Source of the DNA: Vicugna vicugna | Lineage: Eukaryota | Length of the DNA: 64,000 nt | Direction: 5' to 3' | NCBI GenBank assembly: GCA_013265495.1 | Contig: MU057999.1 | Coordinates: 248,001 to 312,000, forward strand | In this document: positions 27,346 through 40,540 of the stretch, in pieces | How positions within the stretch are numbered: position 1 is the stretch's first letter | Layout of the letters: each line of letters opens with the position of its first letter | Translations under genes and position numbers: made by a program | Notes under the pieces: model-generated | The model's input: only the letters and a program-made list of their open reading frames with translations | The model's database searches: none | Told to the model about the DNA's origin: nothing

Positions 27346-29579
27346 CTGAGGAGCCAACAAGGCCAAACCAAGAAATATAAATACCCTTATTATGGCACCA
27401 GGGTTAAGTAGCTCAGTTAGAACCTCAGGACTCAAGCCACAGGAATGGATGAATGTTACTGATCGTAAGAGGAACAAGGCACACACACGAACAGGTAGAA
27501 TTACTCATGAAGGCCATACTAAATTTTAAAGAAACACTTTTCCACCCACCCCAAAATCTTAAAATGCAGAATTAAAACAAGAAACACTATAAATAATATT
27601 ACATTACTACCACTTCAAATGCCTGTCAGCCAAATGAAACAAGTTTGACTCAGGCAATTTAATTTAATCCCTCGTATGGACTGTTTTCCTCCCCAACGAT
27701 TTTCTAATACAGTCTTCTAACAAAAGAATTTTTCAAACAGAGGTGCTTGTAAAAATATCTTTTCTAACAAAATGTATAATTAGTTTAATCATTCTGGCAT
27801 CCATACAGCCCAGTCATACCACTGTGAGATTCATGTTTGTCTTTCAGTTCCCTTAATTCCTCACTCAATATGATGATAGCAAAACAAAATTTCTGGCCAT
27901 AAATTAAAATTTTCATTATAAGAAAGGAGGTTAGAATAAAAGGAAGACCCAATGTTACCAAGTAGAAATTGGAATGGTATCTCCATTGGAATGGTATCTG
28001 GGGGGAGAAAAATCCCTAAAAAATGAGTGGGCTTAGACAATGATCATCAATGGCTGCTAGAAGAATTACAGGAAAGGCTTCGGAAAACTTTACAATGGAT
28101 GGATTAGCCTGACAAAATCTGACTCTACTGATCAGCAGTTTGACCACGATATGTCTAGGTGTGTGTGCATACGTGAGTATTTATGTATGTTTAATCCTGC
28201 CTGGAGTTCTCTGAGTTTCTTGCATCTGTGGTCTGTTGTATTTGGTTATTTTGGAAAATTCTTGGCCATTTTGTCTTCAAATACTTTTTCTGCTTCTTTT
28301 TCTTTTTTTTGTTTATAAAGAAATGTATTTCCACTGTTTTTTAAAGCACTGTTTTTATCACATATAAGAAGTGAATTATCTATTTCCTTAAGGTAATATA
28401 TATAAAAACAAGTAAATTTCTTATTGGTGGTAACTCAAAAAATTTTTTGACAAAAAATGTATTTCACTGGTTTTAAAAAAAAGTATTTTTCTTTTAGCAT
28501 ATATAATAATTTAATTATCTATCTCTTTAAGGTTATATCCACAGTCAAGAACTGACTCTAAAAAGCTTTGCTCTTAAAAACAACAATGTGTTTCCTGTGA
28601 GTAGTTTGAACTACACACATCTATCACCATATTTCCTGAAGAGCACCTGTCTTTCTTTCCTTGGTGGAGATGTTAACTACTATTATGATTTCTCCTAGGT
28701 TTCTTTTAAGCTAGTGTCCCCTCCTCGTCTTTCCTTTTTCTTGCCACTGTCTTATGAAAGAATTTGGGTCAATCACCCTGGAGAATGTCCAGCAGCTGCC
28801 CCTTCTAGTGCCATCTAACTTGTATTCCTATCTCTGTATTTCTTATAAACTGTAAGTCAGTTTTACAGCCTTAATTACATGCAGGTTAACTCTTAGGGGA
28901 GAGAGGAGAGATGAGAATAATCCATCTGGGAGTACAAAATATCTATTCTTAATGATGCTAAGTTTCAGTAATGGGTTCAGGAGGTGACAATCTGATCCCC
29001 AAAAAGGTAAAGTTCCCAACTTCCCTTTGTTCACAGGGTTTAAAACAGTGATGATCTTTTCATGAATCAAGTATTAGGGGATACAAACATGATTTTCTAA
29101 TTCCATCATTCCTTCCACACTTATTAGCTGAGATTCTTCTGTAAAGAAACATTTCCATCATCAACCAGCACTACTGGTTACTGCAAAATACAGTTCACAT
29201 AGCCAGTTGTCAGTGAAGATTACTGGTGCCTTAGTTAACTCACATAATGATCAATTCTTTTTAAAAAAAAGTATCATTACAAAGTTGTAGATTTTTACAC
29301 ATTTTTACATTTCACATTTATACACTTCCAATCCACTGTAGTCATTATCCTTTTTGCTGCTCAGTGGTGCCATTTTGGGGAGCTCCTGCCTTTAGCAGCT
29401 TTCTTAATGTTTGACTCAGCAAATGTCCCAGGTTTATCTTACACATTCCTGACCCAGTCCTGGAAGCATCTGTTTCTCCAAAGAATCCTATTTTTAATGG
29501 GAAACAGTTTTGAAAGGCCACAAGAGGGCACTGAGTGAAAAAGAGGTAATTTTTAGTTTACTAAAGAGTAAATGCCAGT

Positions 29580-29730
29580 GGGGGAGGGTACAGCTAAAGT
29601 GGTGAGCGCATGCTTAGCATGCACGAGGTCCTGGGTTCAATCCCCAGTACCTCCATCGAAAAACTAATTAAATAAAACTAATTACCTTCCCCCTGCAAAA
29701 AAAAAAAAAACTTTAAAAAAAAAAAAAAAA
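29580..29730 (+). mobile_element. tRNA-Ala-derived SINE (Vic-1 type) with TSD
   Basis: Head gggggagggtacagctaaagtggtgagcgcatgcttagcatgcacgaggtcctgggttcaatccccagtacctcca; long A tail; TSD AGTAAATGCCAG at 29567-29578 and 29733-29744. Confidence 0.92.
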
Positions 29731-30414
29731 GAAGTAAATGCCAGCCCAAAGAAGGTAACAGTTAACTGCCTACAAGAACCTAACTAATCAATGGCACCAC
29801 TGGATGGAGCCCTGACTTGCAGCCCACTGTCTATCCTGACGACTGTATTTCTTATTTGTAAGGTGACTGTCTTCATTATGTCCAAATTATACTCTATGAA
29901 TGATTATTTTTCCCCCAAATCCACACGTTACAGTATAAAAACTTTCATCAAAATCCTATTCAAAAAAAGGGGGAAATCAGCTCCCATGCTCTCAACTCTA
30001 ATGGCTGCTAATTCTTTTCATGATCAGAAGACAATGTAAAGTCCACACCAAAGCCCATGAGATCATTAAACGGTGCATTAACACCCAAGTCTCTGGCTTC
30101 ATGCAGCTCAGTGGCTTACTCTTACTAACTGAAAATCTTCCTTCTAAATCTGTATAGAAGTGATTCAGTAGGTTTTTAAATATAATCTATAGAATTCTCC
30201 CCCAAACTAATGCTAGCAATTAAACTTAAAATTTTAACACTCCAATTTTTCAGAATGTTTCATTCAATGCCCTAGAAAGGCTAGTGCTGCACCTGTTGGA
30301 TACTATGTACATAGCACGGTGCGCATCCCACAAGTAACTAACTACACAGGACCACGGACAGAGAGACCATCGACAAGTTTAGTAAATTATCTTTAGAATT
30401 AAATTAACTCTTAC

Positions 30415-30515
30415 TGGTGATAGGAGTGGCATTGTTGGGTGTGTCGGCTCTCAGATACTGAGTCGTCTGGGTAGATGGCTGAGACAGCCCTTGGGAACTA
30501 CTGCTGGCACTGATG
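30415..30515 (-). CDS. RYK: RYK exon 7 (Ser/Thr-rich juxtamembrane)
   Basis: Reads (S)ISASSSSQGLSQPSTQTTQYLRADTPNNATPIT; 101 nt; gcag| and |gtaag. Confidence 0.97.
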
Positions 30516-31579
30516 CTGCAAACAAGTTTTAACAGAGAAATACATGGTGAGTTAGCTTCAATGAGAAATTTCCTCTTTCCATATATACAAAATGCATGGA
30601 GCCATTTTAACCAGCTTAAAATCCTAATGGAGATCACAATAATGCACGGATCTCCATCACAAAAGTTCCATATTGAAATTTTAATCTACCTAATAATGTA
30701 GAGCTCTATTTTTTCTTTCCTTTTTAGTTTTATAATCATCAGGCAGGTTTTTCATATCAAAGTCACTCACAAATGTGGTATTAGTCCTCAGACACCACAG
30801 ACAGCAGTTCTGCCTTACACAATGATGTGTTAGGGAACTAAGGGTCACCTCTCAGGAAAAGAGCCCAAGCCATTCAATTAGATTGCTCTTTAAAAAAAAA
30901 AAAAAAGTAGAAAGACAGGCCTCTCTTAATGATAGTCCAAAATCAAACGGCCTTCAGATGAGGGGGTATCAAAGCAAATCAAATGTGCCAACAGGCTCAA
31001 AGCTTGGGAAGGGGTTTCCTACCTGGTTCAAGTCTGTTTAATCACATAAACTTTGCTTCTTCTACTCCCCAATCCCACCTTTTTAGAATTTATGGAACTT
31101 ATTAGAAATCTCTAGCACTTGAAGCATTCCATTATACCATATTCTTTAAATAATCAGGAGACCCAGAACACGGCAGGCTCAAATGACTGCAAACCCTATA
31201 CTCAAGATTACTACAAACTAATGTCCTTTTATCTTGTTAGTGGACAGCAACTTTATCCCAGATCACCCTTGGGCACATCCCAATTTCACTGCTTCAGCCC
31301 TTATAATTCTGCAGAAGTGGAGAGAGAAACACAGAAATTCAGCAGGAAGAGTGAAATCAAAGAGTAAAATCATCCCTGCCAGGACAGACCTTCCATGCTC
31401 CCTTAGCTACAGGATCAGCAGAGGATCCCAACTTTCCTAAATACATAAAATCTTTTAACTGACCATACCCCACACAATAGTTCTGTATTTTCAAAACCTG
31501 AAGATTGAAAAAAATACATAGTGACAAAAAGCTGCTATCCAAGAATTGATCTATGTAAGTCAGCCCATGCAGTGGATGT

Positions 31580-31800
31580 GGGACAGTACGGTGAAGAGAT
31601 AGAGAGCATAATCTTGAAATCAAAACTGCCAGGACCAAAATTTATTTGCCAGCTGTATGACCTTGGGCAAACTAATGCTTCTGGAGCCTCAAATTCCTTG
31701 TGGATAGAATGAGCTTAATACTACCTCTCGACAAGGTTGCTAAAAGAGTTACATAAAAAATACAAAAGTAAAGCATTGAAGGGCAGTGTTTGCCCTCAAA
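31580..31800 (+). mobile_element. MIR SINE
   Basis: agctgtatgaccttgggcaaactaatgcttctggagcctcaaattcc...aatactacctc. Confidence 0.6.
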
Positions 31801-32619
31801 CATATATTTACATATTATTAGTAGTAATTATTTTTATTACCACCAATACTATGTAGCCCCAATCCTTAGAACCATAGGGCACCTGTTTTCGAAGTTCTGA
31901 GTACTACTCAAAGATTACACTGGGAATCAACGTTGTTAAAAGTCCCTGACTCAATAATGAGGGAACAGAAGCACTACCATCCCCAAAGAAGGGGGAAACA
32001 ATGGAACGCAATTTACTTACCCGTAAAATGGGATTAAGAAAACCTACCTCCCAGGAGTTTTGTGAGCCTCAAGTTGTATAATATACATGAATGTACTACT
32101 TAAATATTACCTACAACCAACATACACTGATGGTTGAATAAATACGCACAGACTCCAGATTATTTACTAGTTACTGTGTCTCTCTCCAGTAACTCAACAG
32201 TAGGTGGCACTCTTGTACCACCTCAGAATTCCTGAAAAGCCTGGGCACACAAAGATGTTACGAGCTCATCCATACTCAGTGGTCCCTACACCTAGCACAG
32301 CATTGTTAAATGGTCAGAACAAAGGTCCTTTGAAACCCCAGGCTTACTGTTATGAGAGAAGCAGGGAGCAGTTGGGGATCCACTCTGGTATCTATTAAAG
32401 TCCGTATCTACACGGCTACGTCACATGAGGTAAAAGGTGAGACAAAAATGTACATTTGCTAGCACTTAAGAGTTTAAAACTAGTATAGATAAATCATCTC
32501 ATTTGGCTTTCATAAGCAAGTAAGATTAGTTATGAAGATATTAACCTAGGGCAAAGGTCATCATTTTCCTTAAGGGCACTTATTATAATTTGTATTTTTC
32601 TATGTAATTCATTTATTTA

Positions 32620-32735
32620 TTTATTCATTCAACAAATATTTACTGTCTACTACATTCCAGATACTGCACTGGGTGCTGGGGATACAGCAGTGAACATAAC
32701 AAAGATCACTCCCCTCATGCAGCCTATTCCTACCA
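32620..32735 (-). mobile_element. LINE-2 3' end
   Basis: ttcattcaacaaatatttactg...actgcactgggtgctggggatacagcagtgaac. Confidence 0.7.
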
Positions 32736-33469
32736 GGGATATCTTAGTTAATTTAATGTCTGTCTTGCCCAAGCATACTATAAACGCCACGAGGGCAGGA
32801 AAAGTACCTGTTGTCTCACTCCTCCCTTCCCAGCACTTAAGCCAGTGCCTGCCACAGGAGGCCTCAAGTGGACCCAACTGAGCCTTAGTCAGAGTGCAAT
32901 TAACTTAGTGAATCAATCAATCAACAAACAAACAAAAACACACTTCCTTGGAATAAAAAGCTATAAACCAGACAGAATGGTTGCTTCTGACATGAACTAT
33001 TGATATCTATTGAAAGAGGCAAAGAATTCTTGCTGTAATAAAATGGTCTCCTGTCTCTCTACTCATTCTTCATTCAACGAATTCTTCGTGCAGCATTCAT
33101 TCAACCGATACCTGTTAAGACACTAGATACAGAAACCAATAAAGAGAAGTAAAGGGGACCTTGTCACCAGTAACGGCAAGGGTGATGGGGTAAAGGAGAT
33201 AGTGGAAAATGAAGATACTGCTGAAGAACAAGTTCAAGTATCCCACAAAAGAGAGCTGAACTCTCCTACAGCCAAGAGCTAATGGGAAGGACTACAGAGC
33301 AGACAGGGTGCAGACCAGCCCTCTGTGGAAGGACTTGCACGTGGAGAGAAGCTCCGCATCTCCAGAACAGACCCGCCCGGCACAACACAGAGACCAGGAA
33401 GATCAGCTCCTATAGCGTCAGGAGAGGGAAAGCCACGCACGTGGGCAGGCAGTTTCACTGTCTGCCTCT

Positions 33470-34310
33470 GAACAAGCTCTGTGTGTAACAGGCCCCTGAG
33501 TGTCGGGAACGGAAGAACTCTCCATCGCCCCCGTGCAAGGAACTCCACAGAGCCATGGGTTCCATCAAGCCTCACGGGGCTGTTGTGAGGATTAAGGGAA
33601 TTAATGGATGTAAAGCATCGGGCATACAGCAAGTGCTTCATACAATGGCAATTCTGAGTTATTATAATACTGTTATTACAATAATGAGTCCCTCCTGTCG
33701 CTCTGCCCTGGTCCTAGCAGCGCAACCCTGAAAAAGTTATTTAACCTCTTTAGGCCTGTTTCTTCACCTTTAAAACAAAGACAGTATCTTACCCACAGGG
33801 GGCTGTGAGTGTCAAATAAGACAGTACACGTAAAGTGCTTGGTACCGTACTGGTAAACAGCGTGCAATAAAATGGCAGCCCTTGTTATCTCCGTGGCCCC
33901 AATGCAGAGAGAAGACGCAAGTGTCTGTTAAATGCCTCTAGATTACTGGATGGGAACTTTCTAGTCACCACTGTTGGCTTGCCTGGCATGTAATAAATAA
34001 CAGCTAGTAGAAGAGGGAAGAGCTGAAGAAGAGCCTGGTCCATTCACGGCACCTCTCTGAAATCGTAACAATGGCACTTACTATATGCACAGCTTGTTCT
34101 AAAAGCTCACAGTATTATTTCACCAAAACTTCACAACATGCCTACCAAGTACGTGCCATGGTCATCTCTGTTCTAGACATGAGGAAAACTGAGACATTAA
34201 GAGGCCACAAAACTTACTCCACTGGGGCCACAAAACTAGTTAAGTAGCACAGCCAGAATTCAGAGATGCTCTGGTTCGAGTCCATGCTCATAACCACTAG
34301 GCTGTACTCT
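33470..34310. mobile_element. Cluster of three MIR relics (two on +, one on -)
   Basis: gttgtgaggattaag...gtaaagcat; aagttatttaacctctttaggcctgtttcttcacctttaaaac; agacatgaggaaaactgagac. Confidence 0.6.
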
Positions 34311-35651
34311 GAAAACAAGTGATGCTGAAAGCTTTTATTCAGGCAATGTCTGGAGACCTTTGCCTGAAAACTAGAGAGAACGGGAACATCAATTCATGGG
34401 TGGTAATGGATTATTTCAGCAGCGAAGTATATGCCCCAGGGAGTCTGAACTTCTTGCACAGCTCTGGCCTCTGTGGGTTCACAGTCCCTCCCCCTGCACA
34501 TACGGAGGCATTTGAGGAGAACACAGTTAGCTAGACTGACTCCTAAATGCCATGCTATTCAGTGACCTCTAACTCTGCTGTATCCTCCCTCTGAGTCCCA
34601 TCAAAATGTTCCTGTTACCTCATTTCCCCTTCAGCTCTTTCTCTATCAAACCTGGATCTAACTTCAACACCACCATATATACAAAATATACTTGGAAACA
34701 TGCCACCTGTGTATTTCTCTTCTTGCTCTGACCTCCCTTCTCCTCTTTCCCCACTCAGATAAAGAAAGTGTAACAGTGGGGACAGATAGCACTTAGGGGA
34801 GCCCTGTCCCCTTGTGTTTTTGTTTATGTCAAGTGTCTGCTTACCCACTGTATGTCTGACACGTGTAGGACTGGGGAGTCTGCAGGAAGACATATGCTCC
34901 CTAACTGGAAAAAGCTTACATTCGAGCAGGAGAGATAAGTACACACACACAAAAAAATGATTTTAGAAGGGAAAAGTACAATAACTGCTACCAAAAAGAG
35001 AGACAGAGAAACAGAGAGGGCGGGAGACAGAGACAAAAACAGGAGGGAGAAATTGACGGTTGGGAGACTTAGCAAAGATTTCATGAAAGAGATGGCAAGA
35101 AGTGGAAATTTGAAGAATGGTCAGGGTTTGGACTAGTGGGAAATGCAGGGAGCCCTGTGGGCAAAGGAGAGCATGAATGAAAGTCCTAGAAGGCAAAGCG
35201 TACAGCAAAAGTAAGGAACAAGTAATCACTTGACAGGAGCATGAAGTAGGGATATAGTAAGAAAAAGAGGCAAGTTCAAAAAGCACGGAAGGCCCATCTC
35301 TTCACAAAGGAGGGAGCTTTGAAAGCCAAGTTGTGAAGCTGGAAATGTCCTCTCGTCAGCAACTAGGAATCACCGAGGAGGGACACGAGAATCACGTACT
35401 GGGAAAAGGAACCTGTCTCATCACTCCATGTCTACCTCTCACACTATCCTGGCTGTAATGTCCTCTGTGTCCCTGAGACTCACCCAGGCTGGGACAAGCA
35501 CGTTTTCTATTCCCTCACTACAATGCACATGTCACAATCATCAAATTTACAAACTTGCATAATTATGGGTTAATGCCAAAGAGTAAACACTTGAAGTCAT
35601 GAAGTATATCATTATTTTTTTTATTCCCAGCACTTAGCATAATATCTAACC

Positions 35652-35831
35652 CAGTATATCTCGAAGGCTACACATTAGAATCATCCAGGAAGCTTTAAGA
35701 ACAATACTGATATCCAAAAGCCACCCAAGACCAATTACTCAGAACCTCTGGAAGATGGAACCCAAACACTGATATATTTTAAAAGCTTACCCAAGACTCT
35801 AATGTGCAACCTGATTAAGAACCAATGGTTT
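35652..35831. mobile_element. hAT-Charlie MITE (MER5-like)
   Basis: cacattagaatcatccaggaagctttaag...agaccaattactcagaacctctgg...tattttaaaagcttacccaagactctaatgtgca...ttaagaacca. Confidence 0.7.
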
Positions 35832-36244
35832 GAATACTACTCAGCCATAAAAACCGACAACATAACGCCATTTGCAGCAACATGGATGCTCCTAGAGAAT
35901 GTCATTCTAAGTGAAGTAAGCCAGAAGAGAAAGAAAAATACCATATGAGATCGCTCATATGTGGAATCTAAAGACTCATGGACAGAGAATACAGACTTGT
36001 GGTTACCAGGGGGGTAGAGGGTGGGAAGGGATAGACTGGGATTTCAAAATTGTAGAATAGATAAACAAGATTACACTGTATAGCACAGGGAAATATACAC
36101 AAAATGTTATGATAAATCACAGAGAAAAAAATGTGACAATGAGTGTGTATATGTCCATGAATGACTGAAAAATTGTGCTGAACACTGGAATTTGACACAA
36201 CATTGTAAAATGATTATAAATCAATAAAAAATGTTAAAAAAAAA
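35832..36244 (+). mobile_element. Young 5'-truncated L1 with perfect 15-bp TSD
   Basis: Starts in the ORF2 end (gaatactactcagccataaaaa), then 3' UTR, AATAAA and poly-A; TSD AAGAACCAATGGTTT at 35817-35831 and 36245-36259. Confidence 0.92.
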
Positions 36245-36643
36245 AAGAACCAATGGTTTAAATCATAGCACGTTCTCAATAAATTTTAATAAACTGGATG
36301 GATGCATGCATGCATAACGATGGAGGGACAAACCAGGAGGAAGAAACAAGGCTATTTTAAAAAGATACTAAGAGTCTAGAACAGAGTCATATCAAAGGGG
36401 ATAGAAAAAACTGATCTCTACTTCCTCCCCGCCAACTAATATACTATAATTTCTGACTTCACAAATTTAAAAAAATAAAATGAGAGAAACACAAAGACAG
36501 TAACTCTTCCTTAGGCTAGGGTTTAACCATTCTCCCTCTCCCCCTGCACCACGGTGCACCAGTGTGCATGGATGTGTGAGGGCTCCCATGTAAATGCAAA
36601 TAACTACTTTTATTTTTTTCCTTCCCCAAAATATGTACGATAC

Positions 36644-36788
36644 CTGTCATCCAGTTCAATCCTTTTCATACTATGAAGGTGCAAAACAGCTAATATTATT
36701 GCTACAAGAAATATTACTGCACAGCAAACCCCTACGCTGATATAAAACACACGTGTAGAAGTGGTTGGAGCTGCATGTACAGGATCAT
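36644..36788 (-). CDS. RYK: RYK exon 6 (transmembrane helix)
   Basis: Reads (Y)DPVHAAPTTSTRVFYISVGVCCAVIFLVAIILAVLHLHSMKRIELDD; 145 nt; tcag| and |gtatcg; contained in ORF 36610..36810. Confidence 0.97.
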
Positions 36789-37054
36789 CTGAAATAAAAA
36801 TGAACAGCACAGTAAGCTTTTTAAACGAATATCACCAATTGCTTTGTGATCCAATATACACAATGAGAACTCTGTTCTTTGTAAATAAGATATTCATTTC
36901 ATGTCCATTCTTTGATAAGATCAGTTACCAGTAGTAAATTCACACAATTTTAAAAATGTTTTTGTTGTAGTTTAAAACAAGATAAGTTTTAAATAGAACT
37001 ATTGATTAACAAGTAAAATCCACAAGTGGTATGTGTATAATAAACCATGTACAG

Positions 37055-37241
37055 CAGTGCTGTCCAGCTTAGGGAAATGTCCTACAGTGTGCCGTCCAAC
37101 ACAGTAGCCACTGGCCAGCTGTGCCTATTAAGCACTTGAAATGTAGCTGGTACAACTGAGAAACCGAAGTTTTAATTTTATGTCATTGTAATTAATTTAA
37201 ACAGCCACACGTGGCTAGCAGTTACCATGCTGGACAGCGAG
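37055..37241. mobile_element. hAT-Charlie MITE (MER3/MER33-like)
   Basis: Terminal inverted repeats cagtgctgtcca ... tggacagcgag; 8-bp TSD ATGTACAG/ATCTACAG; internal gtagccactggcc...agcacttgaaatgtagct. Confidence 0.8.
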
Positions 37242-39859
37242 ATCTACAGATCAGATCCTTTATATTTCCTCAGCATTGACGCCTGGGGTGGAGAGATTAG
37301 ACAGCTTTGTTGCCAATGACCACTGACTCACAGGGGAAGTAATGTGCAACAGAGTGACCCACAAGTTACAACAAACACAGTTTTCATCTTTTTCTCTTTT
37401 GAGAGTAACAGAAATTATTTTCGTAACTGTTTTTAAAGATAAAAGCAGAAAAATAAGATTCATGAAATAGAATAATATTCAGCTTTATATTTTTCAAAAA
37501 AGAGAGCTAAACAGAAAGAAAGCCTCAGAAATAGTGAAAATAATTCAGAGACACGTGTACATACACATGGGGCAACTGAGAAAGAGACACAGAGACAAAG
37601 ATCCATACGAAATGAGCGAGCAAAGTGGAAGACAGAGAAACAGACAGAATTGGCGTAACTGGAGGTTCAGGTAAGTTTTGATGAGCACTCACATCACAAT
37701 CCTACTAAGGAATTTGGATTTCATCCTAAATGAGACGGGAAGTCATTGCAAGGTTTCAAACAAAGGAATGACACACATTGTCATTCTTAAAAAAAAGAAA
37801 AACAAAGATGACTCTGCAAGTTGTATGAAGAACACTGGGGAGGAGCAAGAGCAGAAGCAAGGAACAAACTACGTTACTACAGCATCCGAGAAAGACAGCA
37901 GTGGCTTGGACAAGAGTGTTTTGGTGAAGGTGAGAAGTTCATGGATTGGGAAGCAGAGTCAACAGTCTGCTAATGGATTACACTCGGAGTAGAAAGAAAA
38001 AGAGGAATCAAAGCTTTGGCTTAAAGAGTTAAGTGGATAATGTACAATTACAAAAAAAAAAAAAAAAAAAAAAAGAGGCAGGCTGGGGAAAGAGAGAATC
38101 AAGAGCTCTGTTTTGTCCAGGAGTTCCCAGTACACCTCTAAATGGAGTTGTCAAGTTGACAGAAACACAAGTTTCGAGTTCTGGGGATAGAACAGGACAA
38201 AAGATCAAAGTTCAAGCTTTCAAGAACTTAGAAATAAGACTGCTTTCTAAAATTTAAACTTTGCATCAATAATAAATCAGAACAGATCGATGCAGAGAGA
38301 CCAAATGGCTTCTAGGGCAGCCGGACTTACTGCAGACTGAATGAAGGCATGACCTTCCTAAGAATGCCATGGGCTGTTCCATCCTGGAGGGAAGGTCCCC
38401 AAGGCCGGTGTGGGCAGCACCTATCTAAGCACACTGCAGGGCAGCGGACAGGACAGTGCTCTGCCGGGCAGATCCCTCAAATGCACCCTGCCTGATTACC
38501 TCCAAATTTCAGGCTAGTGGATGCACTGTTCCCAATCCTCACTTTGACATTTCACCCTTCAGGTCTCAGGTGAGATGCCACTTTCTTCAGGGTGCTGTCC
38601 CTCACTCCCTCGGAGGGAGATACATGTTCCACATCTCAGGGTTCCCAAGGCACCTTGTGCCTGCCTTATCACGGCCTGCCACTCAGTGCTGTTAGCACTG
38701 CCTCCTGCCTTGTCCATCTCCCCTGCTACAGTAGAAGCTCCTGGGGGCTTACAGAGTTTGCTTTGTTCACAGTTTCATCCTCTGCCTCAGTCACACCACC
38801 TACACATCACAGCCTCTCAGTAAAAGTTGAATGGATAGATACACAGAAACAGAGAGGAGGAGAGAGGGAGCAAGGAAGAAACAGAGATCAAAGATATGCA
38901 ACACTCTGTTCTCCTGGTGAGGAATAATATCCTACTAGCATTTAAAAAAATGAGTAAAATCACCAGTTTTAAAAGTAAACTGGGGAGCAGTAATATTTAT
39001 TTTCTTCTCAAAGATAAATCCAAATGAAACACTCCTAAAAAGCAAATAAATCTCGCATTATTTTATCTTAAAAAGTGGTCTACTTTGAGATATCCAGATG
39101 TTTTGTGCCTCCTGAGGTGAAATAAAATAGAAAGCACATACTACCATCTATTATCTATTCTTGCCAAAAGAGTTGGTCTTAAATCTAATCAAGTTTGAAA
39201 TCTACCCACCAGTTTAGGAGAGAGAAAAACATGTTAAATGACACCACAGGACGCAGATGTGGGAAATTCTATGACATAAATGAATTTCTTCAACAAATAA
39301 GTGATATTAAAAGGAAGGGAGTGGTTTCTGATTAATATGAAATATATGTCAGCCAAATAAACACAGCTTGTGTAGGCTTCATCTGGATCCTGATTTAGAG
39401 AAGAAACTATACTAAGTTTTGAGACTGTAAGGTTCATTTGAACAGGGACTAGCTATCAGAAGAAGTCAAGGAGTTACTGTTCATTGTTCATTCTGTTACA
39501 TGTGATAAATCAAATCCAATGAATAGATGTTAGGTGACTGTGAATTTTTTTTAATGGCCTTTTAAAAATAGGTTCACATTGACATATTTACGGGTGAAAT
39601 GATGTGATGCCTATGGTGCACTTAAAAATACTCTATTTCTCCGCACCCACCGACCCATCTGAAAAAGGACGAGGGAAATAATGGTACAGGATTGGCTGAT
39701 GGTGACCATTACTGAAGCAGGGTGATGGCCATGTGGGAGTTCATCAGGGCATTCTCTTGACTTCTGCATACCTGAACCACCCCCATTTTTTTTTTTTTTA
39801 GTTTATTTCCACAAAGAGAATCAAGTGACCTTTTAAGATACTATTATCAAAACTATCTT

Positions 39860-39987
39860 GGGGGAAGGGTATAGTCCAGTGGTAGAGTGCATGCTTAGCA
39901 TACACAAGGTCCTGGGTTCAACTCCTAGTATGTCCACTAAAATAAACAAACAAACCAACCTAGTTGCCTCTGTTCCTCCAAGAGAAC
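39860..39987 (+). mobile_element. tRNA-Ala-derived SINE (Vic-1 type)
   Basis: gggggaagggtatagtccagtggtagagtgcatgcttagcatacacaaggtcctgggttcaactcc; TSD AACTATCT at 39851-39858 and 39988-39995. Confidence 0.88.
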
Positions 39988-40540
39988 AACTATCTCAGGA
40001 AGAGTAAGGCTTAATGATGTGTCCATGTCAGAAAAGGAAAAAAGAAGTCTGAGTTATACTACCTTATACAACCATTACCAAAAAATAAAAATCTACTTTG
40101 ACTTTTTAAACATCTGTAGGTTTAAACAACATGGACTATTTAAGCTTGCATTTTCACCTGGATGAAATTAGCTGAGGGTTACATCCAGGCCACAAATTAC
40201 ATTTTCTAACCTTCTACTAAACAGATGAAGATCTTACACATATATCCTGCTCATACTTTAATTATGACCACTCAAAATGGTATAAATTCTTGCTTAAGAA
40301 AGTTTTTATATCATTTACAAACAATGTATGAATTTTTTCTTCACAAAATTTTCAATATTTCAATAGTGTCATCTGAATATATCAACCTCCCAAACATCAG
40401 TGAAATAAATAGCAAGGCATCATTTAATCTTTTGATGAACTGGAAACCATAAAGCCTCCAAGCTTCATGAAATCATGTTCCTTTGCAATCAACTACTTTT
40501 CATCCTTAATGATGGAAAAAGACAATACAGTAGCACTTAC

